IMG/VR virus record: IMGVR_UViG_3300025096_000008
Span: 23,183-87,182 of that record
Source: a virus
DNA length: 64,000 bases
Reading direction: 5' to 3' (one strand)
A program made the position numbers and the translations under genes. The notes beneath the pieces are model-generated. The model worked only from the letters and a program-made list of their open reading frames with translations. It did no database searches and was not told the origin of the DNA. Positions 29,500 through 39,568 of the stretch are shown one piece after another. How positions within the stretch are numbered: position 1 is the stretch's first letter; each line of letters opens with the position of its first letter.

Positions 29500-29601
29500 G
29501 TGCTTGATTAATAAGGGACAAAAAAACACTAAAAAAGAGCTTGACAGAGTTGATCTCCTGTGATATGGTATTATATTCACAGGCAAAGAAGGAGCACTAA
29601 T

Positions 29602-30063
29602 ATGCCATATAAGAGCAAATACAGCAAGAACATCAATAAGTTAGTAAAATGGGCGAAAGAAGTCAAGCAGATCACTGTTGTTTTTGCCACAGGTCAGGTA
29701 GATAGATACATGCCAGAAGATAGGCTAATCATAATCAACGAAACTCAGAACGGTGAAAATCAGCTCTACACTCTCCTGCACGAAGTGGGTCACTCAATGA
29801 ATAGAGAGACCGGTAATCTCGCCTATCGCTATGGCAAATATAAACTGTTAGCTAAATCAGATGAGACAGGCAAGCCCATCAAGTCATATGCCTACAGAGT
29901 CCAACTTCTTGATGAGGAGATGCAGGCATGGAAGAACGGCAAAGAAATTGCCGAAGGTCTTGGAATGAAGCTAGATGAACGGGCATACGAGAACTGTGCC
30001 GCCAAGTGTATTATGTCGTATATCGACTGGGCTGCCGAAAGAGAGTGGAATGCGCCGGCATGA
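29602..30063 (+). CDS. ImmA/IrrE-like HExxH metallopeptidase
   Basis: TLLHEVGH...EEMQAW; own promoter 29541-29569 with an IHF site at 29497-29509. Confidence 0.7.
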   Translation: MPYKSKYSKNINKLVKWAKEVKQITVVFATGQVDRYMPEDRLIIINETQNGENQLYTLLHEVGHSMNRETGNLAYRYGKYKLLAKSDETGKPIKSYAYRVQLLDEEMQAWKNGKEIAEGLGMKLDERAYENCAAKCIMSYIDWAAEREWNAPA

Positions 30064-30295
30064 TTTCCATCCAGGAGATCTGATCGAGGACCGGAAAACC
30101 GGGCTAATCGGTCTTGTCTATGGAGTCCATCAGGATCCGTACAACATCACCAAGGGACGAGGATATTTCTATGTCTGGTGGATGGATAACTCCAGAGGAT
30201 ACAGAAAGAGCCTGGTCTCACCCACAGATAAGCGAGTGAGACAACTGGGTAAGAAGCTTAAAGAGAAGAAAGTGGTGAGGAACAATGTCGTTTGA
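30050..30295 (+). CDS. GDLV SH3/KOW-like small protein
   Basis: FHPGDLIED..IGLV..VWW. Confidence 0.6.
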   Translation: MRRHDFHPGDLIEDRKTGLIGLVYGVHQDPYNITKGRGYFYVWWMDNSRGYRKSLVSPTDKRVRQLGKKLKEKKVVRNNVV

Positions 30296-31460
30296 TTTGA
30301 ACAAACATATATTCAGGCTCCTACAGGATGAGCCGTTTTTTGCTGCTCTTTCTCGGCGAATTGATAAGAGAGAAACTCTAGGGGTACCCACGGCTGGAAT
30401 AGGAATCAACCCAGACTCCGGTCAGTTCGAGATGTTTTATAACCCCCAGTATTTCGACACCCTCACTGATCAACAGAAAGCTGGTGTCATCAAGCACGAG
30501 TTCTACCACCTTGTTTTCGAACATGTTACCGAAAGACTTCCAGAAGAGGGAATGTCTCCGATGTGGAACATTGCTACAGATCTTGCTATCAACGGATTTT
30601 TAAAGAGTGAGCTACCTCCAAAGTGCTGTATTCCAGGAGTTGACGATTTCAGCGAGATGATCCCACTCCAAACAGCGGAATGGTACTTCGAAGAGCTTAA
30701 GAAGAGGAAGGAGAAGGATCCAAGTTTTATGTCTCCTCAGTCGGGCTCAGAAGTGGGCTCCGGAAGCCCAGAGGGTCAGTTCGATAGCCACGAATCTTGG
30801 GGCAAAAGTGATTCTCAGACCAAAGAAATAGCCAAAGAGAGATTCAAAGACATGGCTAAGAAGGCTGTCGAGGAGTGTGATAAGGGGCGAGGCTGGGGCT
30901 CTCTATCTCACAGCATCAGAGAGCAGATTCGGACAAAGGTGAACTCTGCCACGATTGACTGGCGAAAGATGCTTAGATACTTCGTGAGGACATCTCAGGC
31001 ATCATCTAAGAAGTCTTCTATCAAGCGAATTAACCGCCGATACCCATACATACATGCCGGCAAGAAGTCAGAGCGACAGGCAAGGATAGCTATTAGTATT
31101 GACCAGTCTGGCTCGGTAAGCGATAGCCTTCTTGAGCTTTTCTTCTCAGAGCTTGAGGCTCTCGCCAAGATTGCAGAGTTTGTAGTGGTTCCATTCGATG
31201 ACTTGGTTTATACTGACGAAGTATTTGTCTGGAAAAAGGGTGAGCGCAGAGAACTGAATAGGGTTCTAAGAGGGGGAACCAATTTTGATGCCCCAACAGA
31301 GTATGTGAATCAACATAAGTTTGATGGTCATCTGATATTGACAGACATGTATGCTCCGATGCCAAAGGCTTCTAAATGCCAGAGAGCTTGGATAACGGAC
31401 TCGAACGGAGCATCGATGCCTTACTTTAAGACCAAAGAGAGGGTGTTGGTACTAAAATAA
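30285..31460 (+). CDS. DUF2201-type metallopeptidase-vWA protein (MoxR partner)
   Basis: PTAGI, KHEFYH, WNIATDLAIN, IDQSGS, GGTNF, ILTD. Confidence 0.85.
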   Translation: MSFDLNKHIFRLLQDEPFFAALSRRIDKRETLGVPTAGIGINPDSGQFEMFYNPQYFDTLTDQQKAGVIKHEFYHLVFEHVTERLPEEGMSPMWNIATDLAINGFLKSELPPKCCIPGVDDFSEMIPLQTAEWYFEELKKRKEKDPSFMSPQSGSEVGSGSPEGQFDSHESWGKSDSQTKEIAKERFKDMAKKAVEECDKGRGWGSLSHSIREQIRTKVNSATIDWRKMLRYFVRTSQASSKKSSIKRINRRYPYIHAGKKSERQARIAISIDQSGSVSDSLLELFFSELEALAKIAEFVVVPFDDLVYTDEVFVWKKGERRELNRVLRGGTNFDAPTEYVNQHKFDGHLILTDMYAPMPKASKCQRAWITDSNGASMPYFKTKERVLVLK

Positions 31461-31541
31461 TACTACTTACTTATAGGGGCAAAATTTACTATAGGAGAAA
31501 TATAAAATGTTATCTTTATTAAATTCAGGAAAGTCACAGTT

Positions 31542-33601
31542 ATGACAGGCGAGTTCAGCGGATCAGTTGATGTGGGCGACGAATTTGCCAGCGATAAGAT
31601 GGAAGATTTGGCTTCTCTCATTGCTGACCTCCAAACTGAAGAAGGTGGATTACCACCCCTAACGGAAGCCTCAACAATCTTACAGGACTATATGGATGCC
31701 TGGGTGATGTGGAGCCAGCAAGCAGGACAGCCAGGCTCTCGAACATATTATGAATATCTTTTTCAAGCGGTGGCAACCCGTGCCATCTTTATAACGAGGA
31801 ACACACAATGAAAGGAAAGTATTATGATGACTAACGATTGGACAGAGTTCGATATTTATTTCGAGGAAGAGGAAGCAAAGAGCGAAGAAGAAAAGCAGAA
31901 GGAACTCGACGCTCTCTATGAAACTCCGCCAGAAGATATTACACTGGACAAAGAAAAGCTAATGAACATCACGAAGAGGGCTCTCGCGAAAGAGGAAAGC
32001 AAGAAGAGCTTTGTATCCCCAGAACAACAGGAAGAGGTAAACGCTCACGCCCGCCAAGTTGCTTATAATATTTTAGAATGGGTTTATTTATCCGCCGAAG
32101 CCGGCGAGTGGAGCTATAGACATGATATGACGAAGCTCCCTCGGGCATACCTGATGCCAACTGTACAAGAGGTGAAGAGGAATCTTTTAAATACCTTTGT
32201 TCGTTACTCAGATTCGGAATCCAATCGATGGATCGAAGTAAGTTGGATAAAATCAAATGAAGTGTGAGCGGAGGGGAGGAGCCATAGGCTTTGAGAAAGT
32301 TTATAACAACGATCTACTGGTCGAATGTCGTAAAGAACTTTTGGCAGTCGGTGTTAAGGTAGAGACAGAAATCATCAGAGAGAGGTATTTTGTTACATCG
32401 AGGATCGTTGGGTCCAGCCGACGCTATACCATACGAGCAATTGAGTCTGCCACTCAAAGCATATCTATTTTTGGTATGAGTGATGGGTTCTCAACAAGGA
32501 GATCGGCACTAAAATGGTTGATAGGAGACAAGCAAAAATAGGTCCGGTGATATATTGTTACTCGATACTGGCACTCGGTGCCACCTTTATTGTACTAAGA
32601 GCCATTAAGGAGCTTGGAAGATGTCAAAGAAGAAGAGAGAAATGGTAATTTATACCAGCCCCACTGAAGTGATTGTTGGACCGCTGTCCGCAGAGCTAGA
32701 CTTAATAGAAAATTGCTTTACTTTGCCAGGCAGGAAGATAAAAGATTTTAAGAGAGAGATACATCCCATGAGTGATATGGGCGACATGTTCAAGAAAGCG
32801 AATGAAGCAAGGCGAGCACAAGGAGGTATCGATGAATAGTGTTACTGTGGTATTAGAACATCCAGCCTATTCAGATCTGAGCTCTGTAATACTACAAGAG
32901 CATTTTGAGCTTAGATATTTAGCACTAAGGTGCTATCACGAATTATCAAACATATATACAGAAGGACACTATAGTGTGGTTATCACTGAAGACGGCAAGC
33001 AATTTAGTCTGGATTCACATAACGACATACTTTGCCGAATGAGAGAAGAGGTGAAATGATTCAGCAATGGAGGGAATTATAAGATGGCAGGAATAGAAAA
33101 TGTATAATCTTTACACATGCAACTCTGAACTAATTTTACAAGAGCTTGGCAGTTCTATTGAGGCTATCGATAGGAAACTACGATTCGACAGAGACCCAGA
33201 ACTTATTGGGCAGCGAGAAGAATTGTATGATTTGAGAGAATGGGTTGAGTCGTACATGACACCTCGAAAGAGAGAGTCATCAAGTATGATCTATTATGAT
33301 GCCAGATATCACAAAACCTGGCGAGCATTAAATGGGAGGAAATCAGATGAAAATTTTTGAAAAAATGATCGGTATGAAAAAGAGATGTGAGGTGGGAATA
33401 TCAGTCCTTCTTCTTGCTGTTAGCCTTTTTTGTTTATTCATTTGTCTTGAGGGTGTGGCTATGATAGTCAGGCATGATGTCGCTACAGCGATAAATGTCC
33501 TTTTTCTAGGGCTATTGCTCTCGATAAATGGTGCAGCAGTGTTTTTCAATCTTACGAGGCTATCGAATGCCATCCGAGAGAGACTCAAGAGCTATGACTA
33601 G
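31542..33601 (+). other. run of about 7 small hypothetical ORFs
   Basis: Abutting or overlapping + strand ORFs, including 31542-31811, 31824-32267, 32257-32541, 32621-32839, 33100-33360 and 33332-33601 (2 TM). Confidence 0.55.
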
Positions 33602-33791
33602 TGGTGATTGGCACCCGGCAGTTGGCGATATGGTTCAAGTAACCCTCCAGAAGATTCCAAGTGTAGGAATGATCATTGACTTACGAGGTGAAGAGATCAT
33701 TGTGAAGGGTGCCTGGTGGCAAGAAGTTTTTAGGAAGGAAGAGGTGACTTACATCCACCCAGAATCTGAAAAGGGAGAAGAAGAATGTTGA
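33594..33791 (+). CDS. GDLV SH3/KOW-like small protein
   Basis: PAVGDMVQV..VGMII. Confidence 0.6.
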   Translation: MTSGDWHPAVGDMVQVTLQKIPSVGMIIDLRGEEIIVKGAWWQEVFRKEEVTYIHPESEKGEEEC

Positions 33792-34012
33792 AGAAATTAT
33801 TTACAAAACACCCAAACGAAGTTGGCGAAACTTACTGGCAGCACTTTCGAGTGGCTTCAAAAATATCGTGGAGAAGCTTTCTTGCTTCGACGACTCAATT
33901 GATTCATGCTATTTTTCCATTCTTCAAGCCTCCTCTCGGAACGGATGTGAATTCTATGAAAAATTTCCTCCAAGAAGTATCTCCTGATACTCGAAAAAAA
34001 AATAACCTATAA
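33785..34012 (+). CDS. DUF6356-like small protein
   Basis: FTKHPNEVGETYWQH...IHAIFPF. Confidence 0.7.
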   Translation: MLKKLFTKHPNEVGETYWQHFRVASKISWRSFLASTTQLIHAIFPFFKPPLGTDVNSMKNFLQEVSPDTRKKNNL

Positions 34013-34307
34013 GCGGGGCGACTTGGTTCAATACTGTCGGCTAACAGCCTACCCAAGAACGCCATGGGTAAAGGTGGGCATTGTGCTAGATAGCTTTGAT
34101 GGAATGTATTCGGAGATCGTAGAAGTCTATTGGTTCGAAGAGCAGAACATAGAGATCATTTCATCACCATGGCTTGAAAAAACAGCCGAAGTGCCTGATA
34201 TTGCTGATGAAAACATAAGTAGCTGAAAAGGTTATACTTTTTTTGGGACGAGATCTGGCTCTTGTAAGTGCCCGATATGTCTGTGTAAAAAAACTGTTAT
34301 TATGTTC

Positions 34308-34336
34308 TTGACAGAGTGATCTCTCTGTGTTACGAT
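34308..34336 (+). promoter_or_regulatory. sigma70-type promoter with GTGATCT in the spacer
   Basis: TTGACA-17-TACGAT; upstream flank resembles that of the 53407 promoter. Confidence 0.75.
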
Positions 34337-34370
34337 GGTCCTACAACATCAAGCGAAAGGGATCACCACT

Positions 34371-35832
34371 ATGTCACTCAAACTTACAACACTCGGATCA
34401 AACCAAACTGAGATCAAAACAAGCAAACACACTGTCCTGTTTTCATATGAAACCCCAGTAGTGGCTCATACTCACTATGGCAACGGGCATAAGCCTGTGG
34501 TGTTCATCACTAACGGAGCAAATGAGGAAGGCAAGAAGATCCGGACTCGAACCACCTACGGACACATCAATTCTTATGTGAAAGATCTGCCTTCCAACTG
34601 GGAAAGGTTCGATGTCGATCAGGAAGAACTAGAAAACATTTTGGCGAACGGATAAAGCACAATGAAACTGAAACATATGAGCGGCAAGCTTAAGGCATTA
34701 GTTATTCTAGACTTCTTCTTCTGGACTCTCTTCATTCTCGTTTTATTGATAGGAATAAAGGGACTCCACCTCTCGGGCATCCTGGGAATTGATGTGGTCT
34801 GGTGGAACTGGCTAGTGCTTCCTCCATGTGGCGGAGCAACAACAACCTTAGCGGGATTATATCTCGCGAGAAAAGAAGGGATACGATGATGAAACAGGAC
34901 TTCAAAAAAAAGCTAAAAGCACACGACTGGTATTATAGCTATAGTGATGATCACAATGTGTGGGAGCGAGGAAGGCGCCAGCTTCAGAACATTGTGGCAC
35001 TGTACGACAGCACCAACTGCCCTTTTGATCTTGTGGAGCTTCGAAGGTGGGCTACGGGCATGGTCATAGGTCCATTTGCTGAAGAAGGACCAGACGAGTG
35101 GTACCTTCAGCCTCGAAAGTATAAGTGTACTGCCTCTGTCAAGAAAGCAGAGCTACTTACCACCGAGAGGAACCAGGAGATCGAAGTATGGTTCGAATAA
35201 AGGACGACACCATTCCAGAGAGAATCAAAGAATGTCTGACCGTATTTGAGCGGCAAGGGAACTGGAACAGTATCAATATAGCCAAGTCGCTGCTAAGGCA
35301 ACATGCCCAAAAGGGCGAATTGAGCACCAAGCAGACTGCCATGGTTGAGATATGGGAAAGGGATTATACCCTCCCAGACGACAACTGGAAAGACGAATAT
35401 TCAGCTTCGGAACAAGAGAGGAAATTGTTTGAAAAGGCAGTTAGCTATTTTGATAGCACCAACTCGCTTTACTATTACAGGCAACGAATCGCCTACTGTA
35501 AAGACCGAGAGGGGTACATCCCAACCCGCCGAGACTTCAATAGGATGACCCAGAATAAGTATTTTGTTCGATGGCTGGAAGCTTCTGATGCAGAGCCCAA
35601 GTTTAGTCTGGGCGACTTGGTTGAGTCGCGCCAAGGCAGCGGCTCTCGTTGGAATCTAAGGGGGCTGCAATTTGTGATCACCAAAGTGATGGACGAGGTT
35701 GACCCTTGTAAAGGGGGAAGGTGGTATGCCGGGTATTCCATAACGGGAGAGGTGAAATACGGAAATCGGCTTTTCGAAAGCCGACGATTCACGAAGTTCA
35801 GAGAGAAAGAAGTAAAGACTTTTAGAAAGTGA
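34371..35832 (+). other. operon of hypothetical ORFs, the last with a C-terminal GDLV domain
   Basis: 34371-34655 (LFSYETPV), 34662-34889 (TM), ORF ending 35200 (AHDWYYSYSDD), 35188-35832 (FSLGDLV). Confidence 0.6.
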
Positions 35833-35838
35833 GATAAT

Positions 35839-36114
35839 ATGAAGCCGATAAAGAAAAGTAAACTAAAGAAATATAAGGGAAGAATCTTAGACCTCCACAA
35901 GGTTAGCCATGCTGATGTTCCGGAGGTGCTATCTGCCTTCCTGTACAAGAGCATAGACAAAAAAAGAATGCCTGTGGAAGTCATTACGGGCAACAGCAGT
36001 GCTATGAGGGATGTTGTGAATAGTGTGGTAGACTACATGGGCTTTATGTCTATTAGACAGCCAGCTACGGACGAGGCGGGCAAGCTTGTCATTGACATAG
36101 AAGAGCTGGACTGA
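35839..36114 (+). CDS. stand-alone Smr domain protein
   Basis: LDLH....V....L...VEVITG. Confidence 0.7.
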   Translation: MKPIKKSKLKKYKGRILDLHKVSHADVPEVLSAFLYKSIDKKRMPVEVITGNSSAMRDVVNSVVDYMGFMSIRQPATDEAGKLVIDIEELD

Positions 36115-36237
36115 TGGTAGTAGAAACATTCGGAATCGTTTTCTTTGTAGGCTATCTGATTCTAGCAGGCTGTGTTGCCTACTATTTGTGGTAGATATAA
36201 ATCGGGGTTTTGCTGCTTGAAAGACTATTTATATATT

Positions 36238-36561
36238 ATGAGAATAATAATTGAAGGTAACGGCTCTTTATCAAAGCAGCAGTTACAGAAAATGTCTCCC
36301 GAGGAAGTGAAGGCTTACTTCTCGTCTATAGAATCAGAGGAAGAGCCCAGGGTAGGTCCACCGCTTAAAGGCTCTCCCGACTTCAAGAACTCCGGCAAAA
36401 CCGTCCCCAGCAATGAAGATGATCGTATCCGCCAAGCCGTCCAGTATGTACTCCAGGATCCATCCGTCATGGACATGATAAAGAAGCACCTTTCTGGTGT
36501 GGCTGGAGCATCCCCCTTGGAACCAACGAAGCCAGGCAGGAAGAAGCCTGCTAGCGAGTAA
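36238..36561 (+). CDS. hypothetical late protein
   Basis: ACTATTTAT at 36224 just before the ATG; no SD. Confidence 0.55.
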   Translation: MRIIIEGNGSLSKQQLQKMSPEEVKAYFSSIESEEEPRVGPPLKGSPDFKNSGKTVPSNEDDRIRQAVQYVLQDPSVMDMIKKHLSGVAGASPLEPTKPGRKKPASE

Positions 36562-36566
36562 GAGCT

Positions 36567-37766
36567 ATGAAGCTATTGTTTGAGAACTGGCGAAGCCACC
36601 TAGAAGAAGGAATAAGCGATATCGTCTATCACGGCACCAGCCTAGGTAGACTATCGGATATCGCCAAAGGCAACCGACTTATGACATCTGGTGTCTTCGG
36701 TGCTGATGCTGAAGAGATCATCGGCAAGGGAAAGTTCTACTTTCTCTCTACGGCACGGTCCCCATCAGCCTTCAAGCATGGATATCCTTTGGTCAAGGAC
36801 GGCAAAACTCGTATCACTCTAGACGGCAAGAAGATCGGACAGAAGTATTCGGGTGGACCAATAGATTACTGGCGGGATCGAACTAAAGGCGGCAAGTCAG
36901 AGATGGAAGATAGGATCATAACAGACGATCCTTGGATAGAGAATGCTGCTGATTACATTACAGAGATAGTCGTCTACCTTCCGATCCTCAGAGGAAAGGC
37001 AACTGATTCAGACAGCATCCTAGGATCAATTGCATCGGACAAGCCGACAAAATATGAATACATTCCCAACCGAGATATTGGATTTGCCGATATCAAAGCT
37101 CTAAAAGAGGTAAGCGATTTTGCTCAATCCCACGGGATCCCTCTAAAGATAATACCGACAGAAGAAAAAGAAAGTGAGTTCTATATGAACAACCAGCCCT
37201 CAGCAGTATCCCACGACGAATTCGATAAAATGAGAAAAGAGTTAGACATAGACCCAGAGGAAAAAACACATCGTGGGAAGGAGCGAGATGCCTTCCACAT
37301 AAAGCTAAGGAATGCGTCATCCTATTCTCTTCTTCCTCCACTAATGGAACTGACCAAGATGCTGGATGCCGGCAACTTTAACTCATCCTCATCCGAGAAA
37401 TGGTTTCCAACGAAAGAGGACATGCTGGAGGTCAAAACAGATTTGTACGAGTGGTCCAAGAAGCCAGACTTTGAGGAGTATCCACTACCAGAGTATGATG
37501 AGCCCGAAAAGCGAGAGCTACGAAGGAAGTTCCTGGAAGGGCAAGTGATAGTTACCAAGGAAGACATCGATGATGTTGAGGAAAGGCTCACTCGGTTTAA
37601 AAACGAGGCAGCCAGTGTGTTCGGTACCGACTTTCTAAGTGCTAGGACAGATCCTCGCCGAAGACCCTTCATTCAATTCTTTACGAAATACATGAGAAGC
37701 AAAAAGCTTGAGAATGTCACTGAACTAGTCAAGCATCTAGAGCAAGAGCTCAGAAAAACTATTTAG
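36567..37766 (+). CDS. ADP-ribosyltransferase-like protein with a capsid-targeting-like tag
   Basis: MKLLFENWRSHLEE, then YHGTS...FLSTARS...EMEDRI. Confidence 0.5.
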   Translation: MKLLFENWRSHLEEGISDIVYHGTSLGRLSDIAKGNRLMTSGVFGADAEEIIGKGKFYFLSTARSPSAFKHGYPLVKDGKTRITLDGKKIGQKYSGGPIDYWRDRTKGGKSEMEDRIITDDPWIENAADYITEIVVYLPILRGKATDSDSILGSIASDKPTKYEYIPNRDIGFADIKALKEVSDFAQSHGIPLKIIPTEEKESEFYMNNQPSAVSHDEFDKMRKELDIDPEEKTHRGKERDAFHIKLRNASSYSLLPPLMELTKMLDAGNFNSSSSEKWFPTKEDMLEVKTDLYEWSKKPDFEEYPLPEYDEPEKRELRRKFLEGQVIVTKEDIDDVEERLTRFKNEAASVFGTDFLSARTDPRRRPFIQFFTKYMRSKKLENVTELVKHLEQELRKTI

Positions 37767-37776
37767 GGGGAGCAAG

Positions 37777-37968
37777 ATGAAGGTGGACCTAAAAACACTA
37801 GCAACCATCCTAGGTTTGATAGCCCTAGTCGGCGGCTCTGTCGCTCACTTTGGAGGCTTCTATTACACCACCCAGCTAAGACTGGAAAGCCTAGAAGAGA
37901 AAACATCTAAGCTAGAAAAGAAGATCCAGAAGCAGGATCGGAAAAAGAACAAAGGGAAGAACAAATGA
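37777..37968 (+). CDS. small TM plus coiled-coil protein
   Basis: N-terminal TM helix; ACTATTTAG upstream. Confidence 0.55.
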   Translation: MKVDLKTLATILGLIALVGGSVAHFGGFYYTTQLRLESLEEKTSKLEKKIQKQDRKKNKGKNK

Positions 37969-38558
37969 AAAACTTACTTACACTGATCGTATCACTATCA
38001 TTCCTCTCCGGATGTATGCTAGAGAGGCAATACGATGTAGTATCAGAGCAATCTATGGTAGCAAGCGGAGGCGACTACTATGACTTCCTTTCTAACTCCA
38101 GCGATACTTTTGTTGATATTGTGGGCAGCAGTCTCCACGGTGTGGTGGGGCAGGTAGAGGATATAGAGACAGACCTCAGCTCTGTCTCTGGCTTCGACGA
38201 AGGAGACCATACTTATGTCGAGGTATTGATGACTGGTGTCCACGGATCCGCCATGGTCGCCTTTACTTTCTATGGAGGCATCACCCACCCAGATGTGGCA
38301 CCAGGACATGTCCATCGATTCGTGCCTTCTTCTGCCGAGAGATATAAAGATGATTTGCATGTAGAGGCTATTGTTTGTTCGGGAGCATTCCCTCACGAGT
38401 GGTCGTATGACGACATAGTGAACATAGTTGGTATCGAAGTAGAGCAACTCGTGGTGCCCAACGACGAACCACCAGCAGTTCGAATCAATTTTACCACAAC
38501 GACTGAAGGCGACATTGTTACAGGTCATCTCGATGTTGTCGCCACCTCACAAGAATAG
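37965..38558 (+). CDS. lipoprotein
   Basis: MKNLLTLIVSLSFLSGC lipobox. Confidence 0.7.
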   Translation: MKNLLTLIVSLSFLSGCMLERQYDVVSEQSMVASGGDYYDFLSNSSDTFVDIVGSSLHGVVGQVEDIETDLSSVSGFDEGDHTYVEVLMTGVHGSAMVAFTFYGGITHPDVAPGHVHRFVPSSAERYKDDLHVEAIVCSGAFPHEWSYDDIVNIVGIEVEQLVVPNDEPPAVRINFTTTTEGDIVTGHLDVVATSQE

Positions 38559-38573
38559 AAAGGGGTCGTTCCT

Positions 38574-39470
38574 ATGTCTATCGAAGAATACAGAAATAGC
38601 AATAGAATAGAGCAACTTTACCACAAGGGGCAGAAAAACATCTGGGATGGTAGAGAATATCTCCAGGCATGTATCGAAAAGAACAACGGAATAAGCCTTA
38701 CCCCAGAGAAAAAGAATGCCCTTGGAAACATTTTTAGCACCATCTTGTGGGGCGAACTGGCAGCCTGGAAGATATCTTCCATCCTGGCAGCCCGGCTCGA
38801 AGACGAGCCAGCCAGGATGGCAGCGACATCACAAGCACATGACGAAGCCAGACACTTTTATGTGATGAGAGACTACCTCCGTTTCCTAGGAATAGAGACA
38901 GCCGATGTCCAAGGAATGAAGAGTCACTCCCAAGACTTTCTCCAGTCGATAATGGAAGCAGACACGACACCCAAAATGATACTAGGTATGCAAATGATGG
39001 TTGAGCCGATGGCTCTTACTCTGTTCAAGGTAGTGAGAGAGAGGAACATCGAGCCTGTGCTATCGGACTTGCTTCTGATGTATGAAAAGGACGAGGCAAG
39101 ACATGTGGCACTCGGAACATTATACCTTCCCAAGATGATGTCTGAAATGGGACCAATAGCCAAGGCAGATCTGCTCGTATGGCAATTCTTTAGGTATATG
39201 AAGCAGTTCGAGATGCTAAAGGAGCTAAAAGACGACTTCAGAGCTCTTGACACCCCTCCCAGAGAAGTCTTCCTTCTCGCCCGTAAGAAGCAAGCCAAGA
39301 CTATGGAGCTCCTCTCAGAGGAGATGGGAGAGCGCTACCCGCTGATGGATACGATGCTGAAATTCATCGATTTCCGTAACGAGATAGACTTTCCAGAAGA
39401 AGAGTCGAAATACCTAGATAGACTTCGAGCAGCGGCTCGGAAGACATACCTCAAACAACCATCCAAATAA
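38574..39470 (+). CDS. ferritin-like di-iron protein (AurF/MiaE-like)
   Basis: GELAA, DEARH, VEPMA and a second DEARH: paired ExxH di-iron ligands. Confidence 0.8.
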   Translation: MSIEEYRNSNRIEQLYHKGQKNIWDGREYLQACIEKNNGISLTPEKKNALGNIFSTILWGELAAWKISSILAARLEDEPARMAATSQAHDEARHFYVMRDYLRFLGIETADVQGMKSHSQDFLQSIMEADTTPKMILGMQMMVEPMALTLFKVVRERNIEPVLSDLLLMYEKDEARHVALGTLYLPKMMSEMGPIAKADLLVWQFFRYMKQFEMLKELKDDFRALDTPPREVFLLARKKQAKTMELLSEEMGERYPLMDTMLKFIDFRNEIDFPEEESKYLDRLRAAARKTYLKQPSK

Positions 39471-39484
39471 AACGAAAATACTGC

Positions 39485-39513
39485 TTGACATAGTGAAAAT
39501 GATCTGCTATAAT
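39485..39513 (+). promoter_or_regulatory. sigma70 promoter, AAATGATC subtype
   Basis: TTGACA-tagtgaaaatgatctgc-TATAAT; near copies at 43152 and 44528. Confidence 0.85.
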
Positions 39514-39568
39514 GGCTTATGAGACTTGGTTAGCTAATTGAGTACCACTCAAAGAAAGGGCAAAGAAG

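Noticed and set aside
31507-31545. 12-codon ORF with an RBS overlapping the 31542 start (possible leader peptide or frameshift)
   Set aside because: Too short to assess; no slippery site or attenuator structure recognised
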